The notes under the pieces were generated by a model. It had not been told where the DNA came from. It saw only the letters and a list, made by a program, of their open reading frames with translations, and ran no database searches. A program made the position numbers and the translations under genes. Below are positions 49,127-60,635 of a DNA stretch of 64,000 nt, piece by piece. Each line of letters opens with the position of its first letter. Position 1 is the stretch's first letter. The stretch is from positions 62,001 through 126,000 of the IMG/VR virus record IMGVR_UViG_3300042549_005931. One strand, given 5' to 3'.

Positions 49127-50868
49127 TAACAGATTATATTATTTGTATTTGTTCTTGAATTGAAACTAGCAACTCCATTTTGTTTATTGGTATAATATCT
49201 TTCGTTTCTTAGATAAAGATTAATTTCATTTTTTATGTAATGTATATTATTAACATACGGGAAATTTGTTCCAAAACCATCGGGGTCAATATAACCATGT
49301 GTATATAAATCTCTCCATCTCCAAACATTTTCATCTTTATCATAGACAGTGTTTTCAGGTAGGTTATAAATTTGATTTGTCTTTGCGGTTTCCAAATAAG
49401 GAGATAATTCTCTTAATTTAATCCTGTGATGTGCCTGATAATATAAACCAATTGGATTTGTTTCAGTTGCCCCCGAATAAATGGTATCATCTGTTTGTCC
49501 ATAATCAAACAATTCCGTTGAGTTATAGATTTTATGGAATGTATTGCTTACAATTCTTTCTTTTAATTCTTTTTTATTGTATTCCACAAAATCACCAATC
49601 AATTCACTACCAATTGATAATGTTTGACCCGGAGTAAATGTGTAACCGGATTTAGTAAATGTCGTTCCACTGATGTTTGTTTCTTTGGAAGTGTTACCAT
49701 CGAAATGTTCATCAACCCAAGTGTCATGAAAATTAAATTTATAACCAACTTTTGGTGGGTATTCAAAATAACCATTTCCGTTTCTAAAAATTGTGGTGAC
49801 AAAAACTTCTGTTGGTGTAAATCCTAAATTGTTTTTTAATCCATTTAATACAAATGGTTCTTTAAAATCAAATAAAACCGATTCGGGTCTATTTCTTTCA
49901 ACCAACACATCATTTGTACCTTTACTATTTTCAATTAATAATTTTCTTTCATGTTCAAATATTGGATTTTCAAACCCAACATTATCTAAAATGTAATCTC
50001 CAACATCTGTTAATGTTTTATGTTTTCTCACATAATATGTAGATGTTGCTCCGGTTACATTATTTACATCCAAACATCTTTTACCCAAAACAACAGTACT
50101 ATCATTAAATAAATCGACGGTTTTAAATTGTGATTTATTAATTACAATAACATAATTTTCGGAATCAAATATTTCATTTCCTACATTGTTAACATAGTAC
50201 GGTTTACCATTTATAACAATATATTCACCACTACTTAAACCGTGTGGTACGGGACTTATTAATGTAAATGTTTTGGTGTTACTCGTAACTCTAAAAGGAA
50301 TCCCATCAGATGCAACAAATTCATATGTTGTTCCACCACTTAAAGAATATTTCATGGGATATTGAGTATCACCGGTATATGCGTAACTTAAATAAATGTT
50401 CCAATTTTGATATGGTGCACTCATAGCGGTGATTGTTGTATGGTCAGTTGAACCTACAGTAGTTGTTATGGGACTATATTCACCACCTAATGTCGTACCT
50501 GTTGGTATAATTATGGTTTGTCGATATAAGTCTTTTCTTAAAAATGCAAATTCATCATAAGGAATGTACCCTGTAAAATCATTGTTACTTCCGTCACCAA
50601 CCAAATAAAGTCTTTCTTTAAGGTAATTATATTCAGTATTTCCACTGTACATATTACGAAACACCATATTCATTTTACCAAATATCTTATAATTTGTACT
50701 TTTGTTTCTTTCGTCATCATATAATTTCGCAACATCTAATATGATATCTCTTTCACCAACCCTTAATAGGGATTCAGATGTCTCAAGATTTAACTTAATC
50801 GATAATTCTTGTTCATCCGCATTTGCGAATCTTTTACTTGGTAATATAATTTCTTTTTTCTCTTCCAT
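49126..50868 (-). CDS. Putative baseplate/tail structural protein
   Basis: 580 aa, TAATG-coupled within the baseplate block. Confidence 0.6.
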   Translation of the reverse strand: MEEKKEIILPSKRFANADEQELSIKLNLETSESLLRVGERDIILDVAKLYDDERNKSTNYKIFGKMNMVFRNMYSGNTEYNYLKERLYLVGDGSNNDFTGYIPYDEFAFLRKDLYRQTIIIPTGTTLGGEYSPITTTVGSTDHTTITAMSAPYQNWNIYLSYAYTGDTQYPMKYSLSGGTTYEFVASDGIPFRVTSNTKTFTLISPVPHGLSSGEYIVINGKPYYVNNVGNEIFDSENYVIVINKSQFKTVDLFNDSTVVLGKRCLDVNNVTGATSTYYVRKHKTLTDVGDYILDNVGFENPIFEHERKLLIENSKGTNDVLVERNRPESVLFDFKEPFVLNGLKNNLGFTPTEVFVTTIFRNGNGYFEYPPKVGYKFNFHDTWVDEHFDGNTSKETNISGTTFTKSGYTFTPGQTLSIGSELIGDFVEYNKKELKERIVSNTFHKIYNSTELFDYGQTDDTIYSGATETNPIGLYYQAHHRIKLRELSPYLETAKTNQIYNLPENTVYDKDENVWRWRDLYTHGYIDPDGFGTNFPYVNNIHYIKNEINLYLRNERYYTNKQNGVASFNSRTNTNNIIC

Positions 50869-53800
50869 TATTCAGCAGACGGGAATGCACCTAAAGGTCC
50901 AAATCTTTTTATAAATTTATCAATCGCGGTTTTACCCGGTTTCAATCCAAAATAATAAAGGTATGGTGTTGACAATATTTGTTTTGTTCCACTATAGTTT
51001 CTTGATGTTGGTGATAAAATATAATCAATTCCATTATCCCAATTTTTTACATCCCAATTTCCACTATCTCCAACTCTTGTGTATAATTTACCATCCGTAG
51101 CACCACTCAATGTTCCGTTACCCGATGTGATATAAAGAAAAGTAAAACCTTCTTCTTGATTATTGTAGTTTGTGTGCGACCCATCAATCACATTTACCAA
51201 ATTACCATATTCGTCATAATTAAAGTATTCTATATTAAATGTGGAAGCAACTAATGGGTTAGCTATTGCATTTAATTTAATAATATCGCCACTATAATCT
51301 TTAGTCATTGGTAATAAAAGATATTTGTGTGTTGAGTCTCCATTATAATTGTAATTGTATGTCATACCTTGTAATGGTTGAGCTTCAATTGTATTTTGAT
51401 TAAATATTGTTGGGTAATACCATGCTTGGTTAACACCAGTACCGAATCCTGTACCATTTTTCTCCCATAAATAAAATGGAACCACCTGTGACGATTCCGT
51501 TAATCTACCCGGTTCATTCAAACAAGCTCTAACACGATAACCATTATCTTCATCTAATTTTAATTGTACCGGTAATGGTCCGTTATTACTGCCCGAATCT
51601 GATTTAAAAAAGTTAACATAAGTATCCGGGTCCAAAACTATTGGATTGTACATTTCATATTTCTTACTTAATAAATCAAAACCATCGATACCCGCCTCAC
51701 TATTCATTGACATTAATTGTAAGATGTCACCATTTAAAACTTGACCTCTCATCTTTAATGGTAATCTTGAGTCAAATCCGTTGTTTCTAAAGAATGCATA
51801 TATGTCACCCGTAATAGATGGACTTGCAACATCCAATTTATAATTGATATATAAACCTAAGATACCTCTGATATCTTGATATGATGTTGGTCCAATATTT
51901 CTAACCACAGAACAGTTCGGGTCTAAGTTAGGGTCAATACATATCTCCTTAATAAATTCATCTCTAGGACCCAAATCTACTAGTGTGGTTGGGTGAGCTA
52001 ATGTACCTCTAGCGGAAGCAAATTTATTTGTTAATGGATTATACCAAGATGAACGATAATAGAAACGTTTATCGGGATTTCCTAATGTACCTGTCTTAAA
52101 ATAAACTAAATCTTCACAATATGATGTGGCGTAATCACTAATATCTAAATTCTCTTCATCGTCCCATATAATTCTTGATTTGAATGGAAAGAAGTATAAT
52201 GAACCGGATAACCAGTTATCTAAGAATGAATAGTTCACTAAACCTTCACAGAATAATTTACCAACTAATTTTCTTCTACAGTATTCATCAATTGCTGCGA
52301 TATTCGCTTCCCAATTTGTAGTGTTAGCTGCCGGTATAATTCTATATAAACCATTTCTAATTTCAGAATAACCAGACCAAGTTTCACATGTTTTACATTC
52401 ATTACCTTTTTCTTTGTAGATTACTTGACCGGCCGGATTTTTACCACCACTACAACTAAAACCTGTTGTTCTAGTGATTGTCTTTAAATCGTCATATTTT
52501 TTATTAAATCCATTTACACAATATGTTTCTTTTGCGTAAAATTCATTATATAATGTCATATATTGTCCACACCCCGTAGGTAATGATTCTCCAGTTACAG
52601 TTGAAGAACTCGAAAATGATGAATTTAAAGGCATCTGTGTCGTATCGAATAATTCATATGTTACTCCTTTATTATTACTCAATGGTGAGTTATAATCATA
52701 AGTTGTATTGGCAATGAAATAATATGTATTATTATCATATGGGTCTTTTTCTTTATTGTCATATGGATAGACATAAAAAGGATTACCAAAACCAACACCA
52801 TTCAATCTAATATAATATTTTGATGAATTTTGTGCAATTTGACTCCATGTTGGTTCGCCAGGAGCATCTGATGGTTTTGGATATACGTTATTTGGAACGG
52901 TTATATATAATTTTTTTATTGTTGCGTCACTATTGTTGATATTACTATCATATGAACCCGCATCAATTATTGAAGAATTTAATGTGTCAGGATAAATTGT
53001 ACCTTTTTTTACTATGGTGTATAATTGTGTTGGGTCGGATACACCAGGAGATGGAATAACAACATCTTCACCATTAACATTGTTACATTGTACACAATCA
53101 GGATATGGTGTAATACCCAATCTAACGGTTCCAAATCTTTGTAAAGGTTCAACCACCAAATCATCAAAAAATTTGAATGGTTGAAAATCTATACTTAACC
53201 AAGAAATTCGTAATCTCACCTTATCAATCATAAATTGAAATGGTATTATTAATACCTGAATAGCGGCTATAAAGACTTGATAAATAATCCTTTCAAATAT
53301 ATTAATTGTTATTGCAAGTAAAATTGCAAAATTAATATTCATCATACCCCAGTTAGCGGGAGGTGTAACGATTGAACTGTCACAATCATCTTCTTTTTTT
53401 GGTGCAATTTCTTTAATACCAAGATATGTATGTGTTCCAAGTCCATTTGAACTGAAATAAGAACCCATGAACGATGACAAGGTGTATACCTTATTGTATG
53501 TTAATCTAAAGAAATAATCTTTTGGATAAAATGAACCTTCTATGTTACTGAATACAACATCATTGGTAGTTGCACCCGTTGGATAATCCTCCCAATTTAA
53601 TGAGAAGTTATATGACAAACTAGTATCTTCGTTACTATATTCTCTAATGTTAGGAACCAAATAAGAACCCATTGAATGTTTACCACCCGTTTGTGTGTTC
53701 TTCATTGTTATTCTAAAACGATAACACGCCGAAGTTGGTACACCTTTGTTTGGGTCATTGGTAATTTCATTTTCACCAAATTCATTTGTATAAAGATACT

Positions 53801-54794
53801 CCATGTTCATAGGTAAATTCATAACAAATGAACCGTCCTCATCAATATCTTCTTTTAAATCAAACTCTTCAAGTATTGGACGATTTTGGGTGTCCATTGC
53901 ATTTTTAAATCGAATCGCTTCTATTGTTGCCCCACCTGTTACCAATGAACATTTTTCACCCATTCTATTATCAGCACCACATCCTTTACCCACAGCAACA
54001 TTTGCCGAATCGGTATAAACTGAACCAATGAAATAAGCCATAGGTTCTATCTTAATACCTAATGATGATAAATCAAAGTCTACTCTTGAGATTCCTAATT
54101 CACATAAATCTTGATTACCCCAAAATGGATAAACTGTAAATGACTTATCAAATGAGACTATCTGAGGTAAATCGTCAATATCAGACGATGACTTAAATTC
54201 GTATGTTGACTTAAAATCATCCACACCAGCACCTTTTCTAATAAAATCATCCGGTCTAAATGAAAAACAACTAATGTCAGATAAGTCAACATCCACGTGA
54301 ATGTTTTGCTCACCAACAGGTACACCCCATATCATGAAGTCACCAGCATCGTTTGTTCTTACTGTGTATTTATAATATTTTTCGTAAACTTCTAATATTT
54401 CTTCTCTTGTTAAGATATCTCTTTGGTCAGGAAATGTTCCAGTTGGTGTGTGACCACCATGTTGTTTTCTTGCCGGTAATAGATTGTAACGATAGTTATC
54501 CTCATTTCTCGTATCTACCGAAGTATATGGATATAATTTAGATATTACGGGGTCTTCAGCATCTTCAGTTGAAAGTGGGATAAAAATAGAAACTCTTGCA
54601 TTTGGAATACCCAATCCATTATTTGCAGTAATTCTACCACAAACAACACCATAGTCAGCACAAAGTGAAGTATATACGTCTTGTTGAGTAAATTTTAATG
54701 ATAAAATCTCAAGAAAATCGTAATCTTGTTTTAATTCGACAGTAACTAATTGGTCTTCCCCTATATTGGTAGAGATTCTATGTTTTTGTATCAT
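50868..54794 (-). CDS. Large structural protein with carboxypeptidase-regulatory-like N-terminal domain and internal hydrophobic segment
   Basis: VVCGRI.ANNG.GIPNARVSI...TNDAGDF; hydrophobic FAILLAITINIF...VFIAAIQVLIIPF; TATTTAT at 54800-54807. Confidence 0.6.
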   Translation of the reverse strand: MIQKHRISTNIGEDQLVTVELKQDYDFLEILSLKFTQQDVYTSLCADYGVVCGRITANNGLGIPNARVSIFIPLSTEDAEDPVISKLYPYTSVDTRNEDNYRYNLLPARKQHGGHTPTGTFPDQRDILTREEILEVYEKYYKYTVRTNDAGDFMIWGVPVGEQNIHVDVDLSDISCFSFRPDDFIRKGAGVDDFKSTYEFKSSSDIDDLPQIVSFDKSFTVYPFWGNQDLCELGISRVDFDLSSLGIKIEPMAYFIGSVYTDSANVAVGKGCGADNRMGEKCSLVTGGATIEAIRFKNAMDTQNRPILEEFDLKEDIDEDGSFVMNLPMNMEYLYTNEFGENEITNDPNKGVPTSACYRFRITMKNTQTGGKHSMGSYLVPNIREYSNEDTSLSYNFSLNWEDYPTGATTNDVVFSNIEGSFYPKDYFFRLTYNKVYTLSSFMGSYFSSNGLGTHTYLGIKEIAPKKEDDCDSSIVTPPANWGMMNINFAILLAITINIFERIIYQVFIAAIQVLIIPFQFMIDKVRLRISWLSIDFQPFKFFDDLVVEPLQRFGTVRLGITPYPDCVQCNNVNGEDVVIPSPGVSDPTQLYTIVKKGTIYPDTLNSSIIDAGSYDSNINNSDATIKKLYITVPNNVYPKPSDAPGEPTWSQIAQNSSKYYIRLNGVGFGNPFYVYPYDNKEKDPYDNNTYYFIANTTYDYNSPLSNNKGVTYELFDTTQMPLNSSFSSSSTVTGESLPTGCGQYMTLYNEFYAKETYCVNGFNKKYDDLKTITRTTGFSCSGGKNPAGQVIYKEKGNECKTCETWSGYSEIRNGLYRIIPAANTTNWEANIAAIDEYCRRKLVGKLFCEGLVNYSFLDNWLSGSLYFFPFKSRIIWDDEENLDISDYATSYCEDLVYFKTGTLGNPDKRFYYRSSWYNPLTNKFASARGTLAHPTTLVDLGPRDEFIKEICIDPNLDPNCSVVRNIGPTSYQDIRGILGLYINYKLDVASPSITGDIYAFFRNNGFDSRLPLKMRGQVLNGDILQLMSMNSEAGIDGFDLLSKKYEMYNPIVLDPDTYVNFFKSDSGSNNGPLPVQLKLDEDNGYRVRACLNEPGRLTESSQVVPFYLWEKNGTGFGTGVNQAWYYPTIFNQNTIEAQPLQGMTYNYNYNGDSTHKYLLLPMTKDYSGDIIKLNAIANPLVASTFNIEYFNYDEYGNLVNVIDGSHTNYNNQEEGFTFLYITSGNGTLSGATDGKLYTRVGDSGNWDVKNWDNGIDYILSPTSRNYSGTKQILSTPYLYYFGLKPGKTAIDKFIKRFGPLGAFPSAE

Positions 54795-54847
54795 ACTATA
54801 ATAAATAGAAAGCTAACGATTTTCTATTATTATAAACAAAAAACATT

Positions 54848-56680
54848 TTAATATGTAGTCGTTCCTAAAGTTTTAGTACGTACTTTTATGTCCACATTAG
54901 GGAATCTAATTTGAAAAATTTGATTAGATTTCATATTAATGGTCATATCAAATTGTTGAATTTCTTTTGTGGACGCAACTTTATATGTTTGAGAAACTTC
55001 AGAGAGTGAGTAATCTCCACCCGTTTTACCAAACACACGAATATCTACAATGTTTACAACACCGGTAACATTACCAATTTCTCTCATTAAATCACCAACA
55101 AATAATGGGTCACCCATCTTACGTTTTTCAATTGCAAAAAATTCAATAACATTTTGAATTGTGGTTTTAACAATATCTGTTGTGGTTGAATTTTTATCAG
55201 TAATCAAATCAATTTCTAATCCTAAGTCTATAACCTCACCACTTTGAATATCAATATAGTCATTAATCATTCTATACTCTGAAAGGTAGTTGATGATATT
55301 TTCTTTTAATGTATTTGATACCACGTCAGTTAAATTACCATTATCATCATATGATAATAATTTCACTCTAACTTTATTATCTTCTTCCATCACATTGACT
55401 TTAGCAGGTGCACCAAATGTTCCCGGCATAGATTCAATTAATGATTTGTAGTCATTTAATGTTACCGCTCTATTTTGTGCTGAGAAATTATAAGCAATCA
55501 TGTTTCTCAATTCTTCAATTGTTGGTTGGTCAGCACCACCAACTGCCGGTGTTACGTTACTTACACGTAATGATTGTTCTACTTGTAAATTAATTGTTGA
55601 TAATGGACCGGTGATATTGAATTCAACATTTTCCACATTTGTAATAACATCAACACCTAAATTAGAATCTTTTCCACCACCAATACGGTATCTTACAAAC
55701 AATGTAGTGTTTGCCTTAGGTATGGTTCCCAATGACATATTATTTAAATACGTTCCTAAATTAACTTTCATTGAACCATTCATGTAATCGTCAAGATTAT
55801 CCAATGGGTCAACAGTTCCCGAACCAAATGTTAATGAAAAGTAACTCTCAGGTGTAAATTCTGTGATAAATTTATTTTTTACCGGAACATATGTTCCTGC
55901 TTTAAAATTATCTTTATCTGAAGCCGTTGTTGGGTCAGGTAAAAATATCGTATCTTCAATTAAACTTTTAACCTCATACCATTTATTGGATGTTGATTCA
56001 AATTCTGAACTTGTTGGGTTAGCACCGAAGCTAGTTCCTTCTTTATGAATTACTGAAGTTACACCTAATATATTTTGTTCAGGTAAATAAATCTTTAAGA
56101 ATGGTTTTTGGTCTAAAGTTGTAATTACTCTTCTGTAAATTCTTGTAACACCGTTTACTACCGCATCTCTTTTTGTAATTGTATATGATATCAATGTATT
56201 ATTACTATCAAAATTTGGTATCTTTAATCTATTTGGTTCACCTTTACTATTAAAAGGATTAGAAAAATCAATATCTTCTAATGTTTCAAATATTTGACCT
56301 GCACCCGATACTTGAGCACCCGACTTTAAAATACCAAGATATCTTTCATCTTCTTTATCACCACGAACCGGTACATTTATTGAGAAATCACATAATGCAA
56401 CTGATGGTCTATTACCCGGTATCTTAATACCATATGTTTTTGCAATGTGAAATAACGATTGTCTTTGTTGTGCAAAATCCAACATAGTTTCTTGCCAAAC
56501 TCTATCAATATGAAAATGTAAGTTATCAGCAACGGCAGCATTTAAATCCAATAACACGGAGAATATTGATGCATCATTAGTATTTTTTACTAAGTCAGGA
56601 TAATATTCTTTTGTTAAGTTTACTAATTCTTGTCTTAATCCCGCAAAGTCTCTTGTTGCGTATGAAATCTTTTTTGCCAT
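54848..56680 (-). CDS. Baseplate wedge subunit (T4 gp6/P2 gpJ-like)
   Basis: RDFAGLRQEL, FGSG, YRIGGG..SN, GGAD..TIEELR, QNRAVT.NDY. Confidence 0.85.
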   Translation of the reverse strand: MAKKISYATRDFAGLRQELVNLTKEYYPDLVKNTNDASIFSVLLDLNAAVADNLHFHIDRVWQETMLDFAQQRQSLFHIAKTYGIKIPGNRPSVALCDFSINVPVRGDKEDERYLGILKSGAQVSGAGQIFETLEDIDFSNPFNSKGEPNRLKIPNFDSNNTLISYTITKRDAVVNGVTRIYRRVITTLDQKPFLKIYLPEQNILGVTSVIHKEGTSFGANPTSSEFESTSNKWYEVKSLIEDTIFLPDPTTASDKDNFKAGTYVPVKNKFITEFTPESYFSLTFGSGTVDPLDNLDDYMNGSMKVNLGTYLNNMSLGTIPKANTTLFVRYRIGGGKDSNLGVDVITNVENVEFNITGPLSTINLQVEQSLRVSNVTPAVGGADQPTIEELRNMIAYNFSAQNRAVTLNDYKSLIESMPGTFGAPAKVNVMEEDNKVRVKLLSYDDNGNLTDVVSNTLKENIINYLSEYRMINDYIDIQSGEVIDLGLEIDLITDKNSTTTDIVKTTIQNVIEFFAIEKRKMGDPLFVGDLMREIGNVTGVVNIVDIRVFGKTGGDYSLSEVSQTYKVASTKEIQQFDMTINMKSNQIFQIRFPNVDIKVRTKTLGTTTY

Positions 56681-56681
56681 T

Positions 56682-57134
56682 TTAAATGTTGATAATTACA
56701 AAATCCGAAGATGTAAATGCTCCGTTATTAACTGTATATTCTATTTTAACCACTGCAGTATATGGTTTACCCGACCCATCAGATACTCTGAATAATCTTT
56801 CATCTTCATCTTGATTAAATGAACGTGTTTCATCAGGGTCATCTTCAGCTGACATAACATCCAATCTTGTAATGTCAAGATTTGGAATGTATTTTTTAAC
56901 CGAGTCTCTAATTTCACCTTCAATTAAACCAAATGTTACCGCATCGTTTTGGTCAAAGATATATTGATATAGACGGGTACCAAAATCAGGTAAGAAATAT
57001 CTCGAACCTTTTTTAGTTAATAATAGATGAATAAGGTTTGTTCTAATTTCTCTTTCAGGTGAATTTGTCATTTTAACAAAACTACCATCACGACTTTCTC
57101 TGAAAGGAAATTCTATTCCATATTTTACTGCCAT
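56682..57134 (-). CDS. Baseplate gp25/GPW-like protein
   Basis: YGIEFPF, NLIHLLLT.KGSRYFLPDFGTRL..YIFD; ATG at 57134 follows TATTTATA at 57138-57145. Confidence 0.85.
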   Translation of the reverse strand: MAVKYGIEFPFRESRDGSFVKMTNSPEREIRTNLIHLLLTKKGSRYFLPDFGTRLYQYIFDQNDAVTFGLIEGEIRDSVKKYIPNLDITRLDVMSAEDDPDETRSFNQDEDERLFRVSDGSGKPYTAVVKIEYTVNNGAFTSSDFVIINI

Positions 57135-57171
57135 ATCTATAAATATAAACAATATAGAAATGGTAATAAAT

Positions 57172-57200
57172 AAAAAAATCCCGACATTCGCCGGGATTTT
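57172..57200 (-). terminator. Intrinsic terminator after nrdA
   Basis: AAAATCCCGGC-GAAT-GTCGGGATTTTTTT on the minus strand. Confidence 0.85.
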
Positions 57201-57225
57201 CTTTATACTGATGTATTATAATTTA

Positions 57226-59649
57226 TCAAGAACCACATCCTTCACACTCAAATGGTGAATCCGATGGTCGTTCAATTGTCATCTCAACCTCCGGTGTACT
57301 TTCACTAATCAACGAATTGTTAGTTGGTGTTGCGTAAACTTGTGGAGTTTCAACAGGTTTAACCGTTGATGTGTCAATACCTAATCCTTTCATCGCATCA
57401 ACAGCCGATGTTGAACGTAGATAGTACATACCCGTTTTTAAACCTAATTTCCATCCGTGTAAGTGTGCCGCCAATAACTTAGCTTTGTTTACACCACTAA
57501 TAAATAAATTCATTGATTGAGATTGGTCAATATAAACACTACGATTAGCGGCCATGTTTAATATTTTCTTTTGTGACATCTCCCATACTGTTTTATAGAT
57601 TTCTTTCAATTCAGTCGGAACCTCAGGGATGTTTTGGATAGAACCATTTTCCATAATGATTTTATTCTTAATCTCCTCATTCCATAAATCATGTTTAAGT
57701 AAATCCTTAACTAAGTGTTGGTTAATTACCACAAATTCTCCACCCAATGTTCTTCTTGCATATAGGTTTGTTGTGAATGGTTCAAAACATTCGTTGTTAC
57801 CCAAGATTTGTGCGGTAGATGCTGTTGGCATTGGCGCAACTAATAATGAGTTTCTAACACCATTGTTAACCACCTCTTTACGTAAGGATTTCCAATCCCA
57901 ACGACCTGAAGTATCTTCATCAGTTTTACCCCACATTTGATATTGGAATTCACCACGTGAAATTGGTGACCCATCAATTGATTCGTATGGACCATGTAGT
58001 TTAGCCAAATCTTTTGAAGATGTTAATGCTGCAAAATAGATTGTTTCAAAAATATCAGTTTGTAATGTGTCAGCTTCGTCCGACTCAAATGGTAATCCTA
58101 AAATACAGAACACATCTGCCAAACCTTGAACACCCAAACCAACCGGTCTATGTCTAAAGTTTGATAACTTTGTCTCCGCAGTTGGATAAAAGTTTAAATC
58201 AATTACGTTGTTTAAGTTCTTTACAATTTGGTATGTTGCATCATATAATAATTGATGGTCGAATTGTCCATCAACAATGTATTTTGGTAATGCAATTGAT
58301 GCTAAGTTACAAACCGCTTGTTCAGTTGGTGAACTATACTCAATAATTTCAGTACATAGGTTAGAAGACTTAATAGTACCTAAATTCTTTTGATTTGATT
58401 TATAGTTCGCAGCGTCTTTGTATAACATATAAGGAACACCGGTCTCAATCTGTGCCGTTAATATATCATCCATTAACTTTCTTGCCTTAATTGTTTTACG
58501 ACCTACACCTTGTTGTTCATATGATTCATATAACTCAGTGAATTTCTTTTCTTCCGGTGTATCATATACATCAGATAAACCCGGTGCTTCATCAGGTGAG
58601 AACAACGTCCAATTACCATCCTCTTCTACACGTTTCATAAATAAATCGGGTGTCCATAAAGCTAAGAACAAATCACGAGCACGTAATTCTTCCTTACCGT
58701 GATTTTTTCTTAATTCAATAAATTCAACAACATCAGCGTGCCATGGTTCCAAGTATACCGCAAATGAACCTTTACGTTTTCCACCTTGGTTAATCCAACG
58801 AGCAACTTCGTTATAAGTTTTCATCATTGGTAATAGACCGTCAGATTCTCCACCTGTTCCCTTAATATAAGAACCTTTAGCACGAACATCGTGTACGTGT
58901 AATCCGATACCACCAGCCCACTTAGAAATCTTTGCCACATCACCTAATGTATTAAACAATCCATCAATATCATCACCTTTGTTACCAATTAAGAAACAAG
59001 AAGACATTTGAGGTCTTGGTGTGCCGGCATTAAACAGCGTTGGCGTCGCATGTGTGTAATAATGCTTGGATAAATCATCATAGATTCTTAATCCTTCTTC
59101 AAGATTAAAGTTACAAATACCTAACGCGACTCTCATATAAAGGTATTGTGGTCTCTCTACAATTTTTTGTCCAATCTTAATAAGATAAGAACGTTCCAAA
59201 GTTTTGATACCGAAATAATCGAAATCAAAATCTCTATCCATAACAATTGCGGAATCAATCGCTTCTCTGTTTTCTAATACAAACTTATAAAGTTGTGTAT
59301 CAATTAATGATGATTGTTTTCCTGTTCTTGGCTCAATGAATGAATGTAATTCTTTAATACACTGTGAAAACTTTTTTGGTGTTGACTTGTGTAGACTTGA
59401 TACTTCAATTCTACCAGCCAACTTAGAATAGTCAGGGTGAGTTGTGGTCATTGCAACCGCAGTCTCTGCCGCTAACTTATCTAATTCAATTGTTGAAATA
59501 CCATCATAGATACCTTGTGTTACTTTTAATGTAACATAGGTAGGGTCAATGTATTCCATATTTAAATCATGACATAAAATACTAATCCGTTTAGTAATCT
59601 TGTCATATCTCATTTCCTCAAGGGAACCGTCGCGTTTTTTTACTTTCAT
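57226..59649 (-). CDS. nrdA: Ribonucleoside-diphosphate reductase class Ia alpha subunit with ATP cone
   Basis: VKKRDG cone, ATPTLFNAG, SSCF, SNLCTEI, VCNLAS, PTAS, GLKTGMYY, C-terminal CEGC. Confidence 0.97.
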   Translation of the reverse strand: MKVKKRDGSLEEMRYDKITKRISILCHDLNMEYIDPTYVTLKVTQGIYDGISTIELDKLAAETAVAMTTTHPDYSKLAGRIEVSSLHKSTPKKFSQCIKELHSFIEPRTGKQSSLIDTQLYKFVLENREAIDSAIVMDRDFDFDYFGIKTLERSYLIKIGQKIVERPQYLYMRVALGICNFNLEEGLRIYDDLSKHYYTHATPTLFNAGTPRPQMSSCFLIGNKGDDIDGLFNTLGDVAKISKWAGGIGLHVHDVRAKGSYIKGTGGESDGLLPMMKTYNEVARWINQGGKRKGSFAVYLEPWHADVVEFIELRKNHGKEELRARDLFLALWTPDLFMKRVEEDGNWTLFSPDEAPGLSDVYDTPEEKKFTELYESYEQQGVGRKTIKARKLMDDILTAQIETGVPYMLYKDAANYKSNQKNLGTIKSSNLCTEIIEYSSPTEQAVCNLASIALPKYIVDGQFDHQLLYDATYQIVKNLNNVIDLNFYPTAETKLSNFRHRPVGLGVQGLADVFCILGLPFESDEADTLQTDIFETIYFAALTSSKDLAKLHGPYESIDGSPISRGEFQYQMWGKTDEDTSGRWDWKSLRKEVVNNGVRNSLLVAPMPTASTAQILGNNECFEPFTTNLYARRTLGGEFVVINQHLVKDLLKHDLWNEEIKNKIIMENGSIQNIPEVPTELKEIYKTVWEMSQKKILNMAANRSVYIDQSQSMNLFISGVNKAKLLAAHLHGWKLGLKTGMYYLRSTSAVDAMKGLGIDTSTVKPVETPQVYATPTNNSLISESTPEVEMTIERPSDSPFECEGCGS

Positions 59650-59654
59650 ATTTT

Positions 59655-60632
59655 TTAAAAATCTAAATCTCCACTAAAAGCATCTTCAATACTTTCGTCA
59701 CTTTTATTATTCACTCCTGCCTTTTGATATTCCGCAACACGTTTCTCAAAGAAGTTTGTTTTACCTTGTAATGCGATGTTCTGCATAAAATCGAAAGGAT
59801 TTTCGGAATTGTAAACCTTTGAACATCCTAATGCCATTAATAATCTATCCGTAACGAACTCAAGATATTGTGACATTAAATCGGCATTCATACCAATCAA
59901 ACGAACCGGTAACGCTTCCAAAATAAATTCTTTCTCAATTGCCAATGCACTTACAATGATTTCTTTAATCTGAGACTCAGATAATTTATTTTCAATGTGA
60001 TTGTTGAATAAGTGACAAGCAAAGTCACAATGCATCCCTTCGTCACGAGAAATTAACTCATTAGAGAAAGTTAAACCCGGCATTAAACCACGTTTCTTTA
60101 ACCAGAAGATTGAACAGAATGAACCTGAAAAGAAGATACCTTCAACCGCAGCAAACGCAATTAAACGTTCTGTAAATGTTCCATTTTCAATCCATCTTAA
60201 TGCCCATTCAGCTTTCTTTTTGATTGCCGGAATAGTTTCAATAGCATTGAATAGGTTTAATTGTTCTGTCTTATCTTTAATGTAAGAATCAATTAACAAC
60301 GAATATGTTTCACTATGGATATTCTCCATCATGATTTGGAAACCATAAAACATTTTTGCTTCAGTGTATTGTACTTCATTCACAAAATTTAATGCGATGT
60401 TTTCATTAACAATACCATCTGACGCAGCAAAGAATGCTAAGATGTGTTTAACAAAGTGTTTCTCATCATCATTCAATTTGTTATCCCAATCTTGAATGTC
60501 TTGAGCCAAATCGATTTCCTCAGCAGTCCAAAAACATGCTTCTTGTTGTTTATAGTATTTCCAAATATCGTTATGTTCGATAGGAAAGAGGACAAACCGT
60601 CCTGGGTTGTCTTGTAATATTTTTTCAGTCAT
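59655..60632 (-). CDS. nrdB: Ribonucleoside-diphosphate reductase beta subunit
   Basis: [49 protein letters not shown]. Confidence 0.97.
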   Translation of the reverse strand: MTEKILQDNPGRFVLFPIEHNDIWKYYKQQEACFWTAEEIDLAQDIQDWDNKLNDDEKHFVKHILAFFAASDGIVNENIALNFVNEVQYTEAKMFYGFQIMMENIHSETYSLLIDSYIKDKTEQLNLFNAIETIPAIKKKAEWALRWIENGTFTERLIAFAAVEGIFFSGSFCSIFWLKKRGLMPGLTFSNELISRDEGMHCDFACHLFNNHIENKLSESQIKEIIVSALAIEKEFILEALPVRLIGMNADLMSQYLEFVTDRLLMALGCSKVYNSENPFDFMQNIALQGKTNFFEKRVAEYQKAGVNNKSDESIEDAFSGDLDF

Positions 60633-60635
60633 AAT

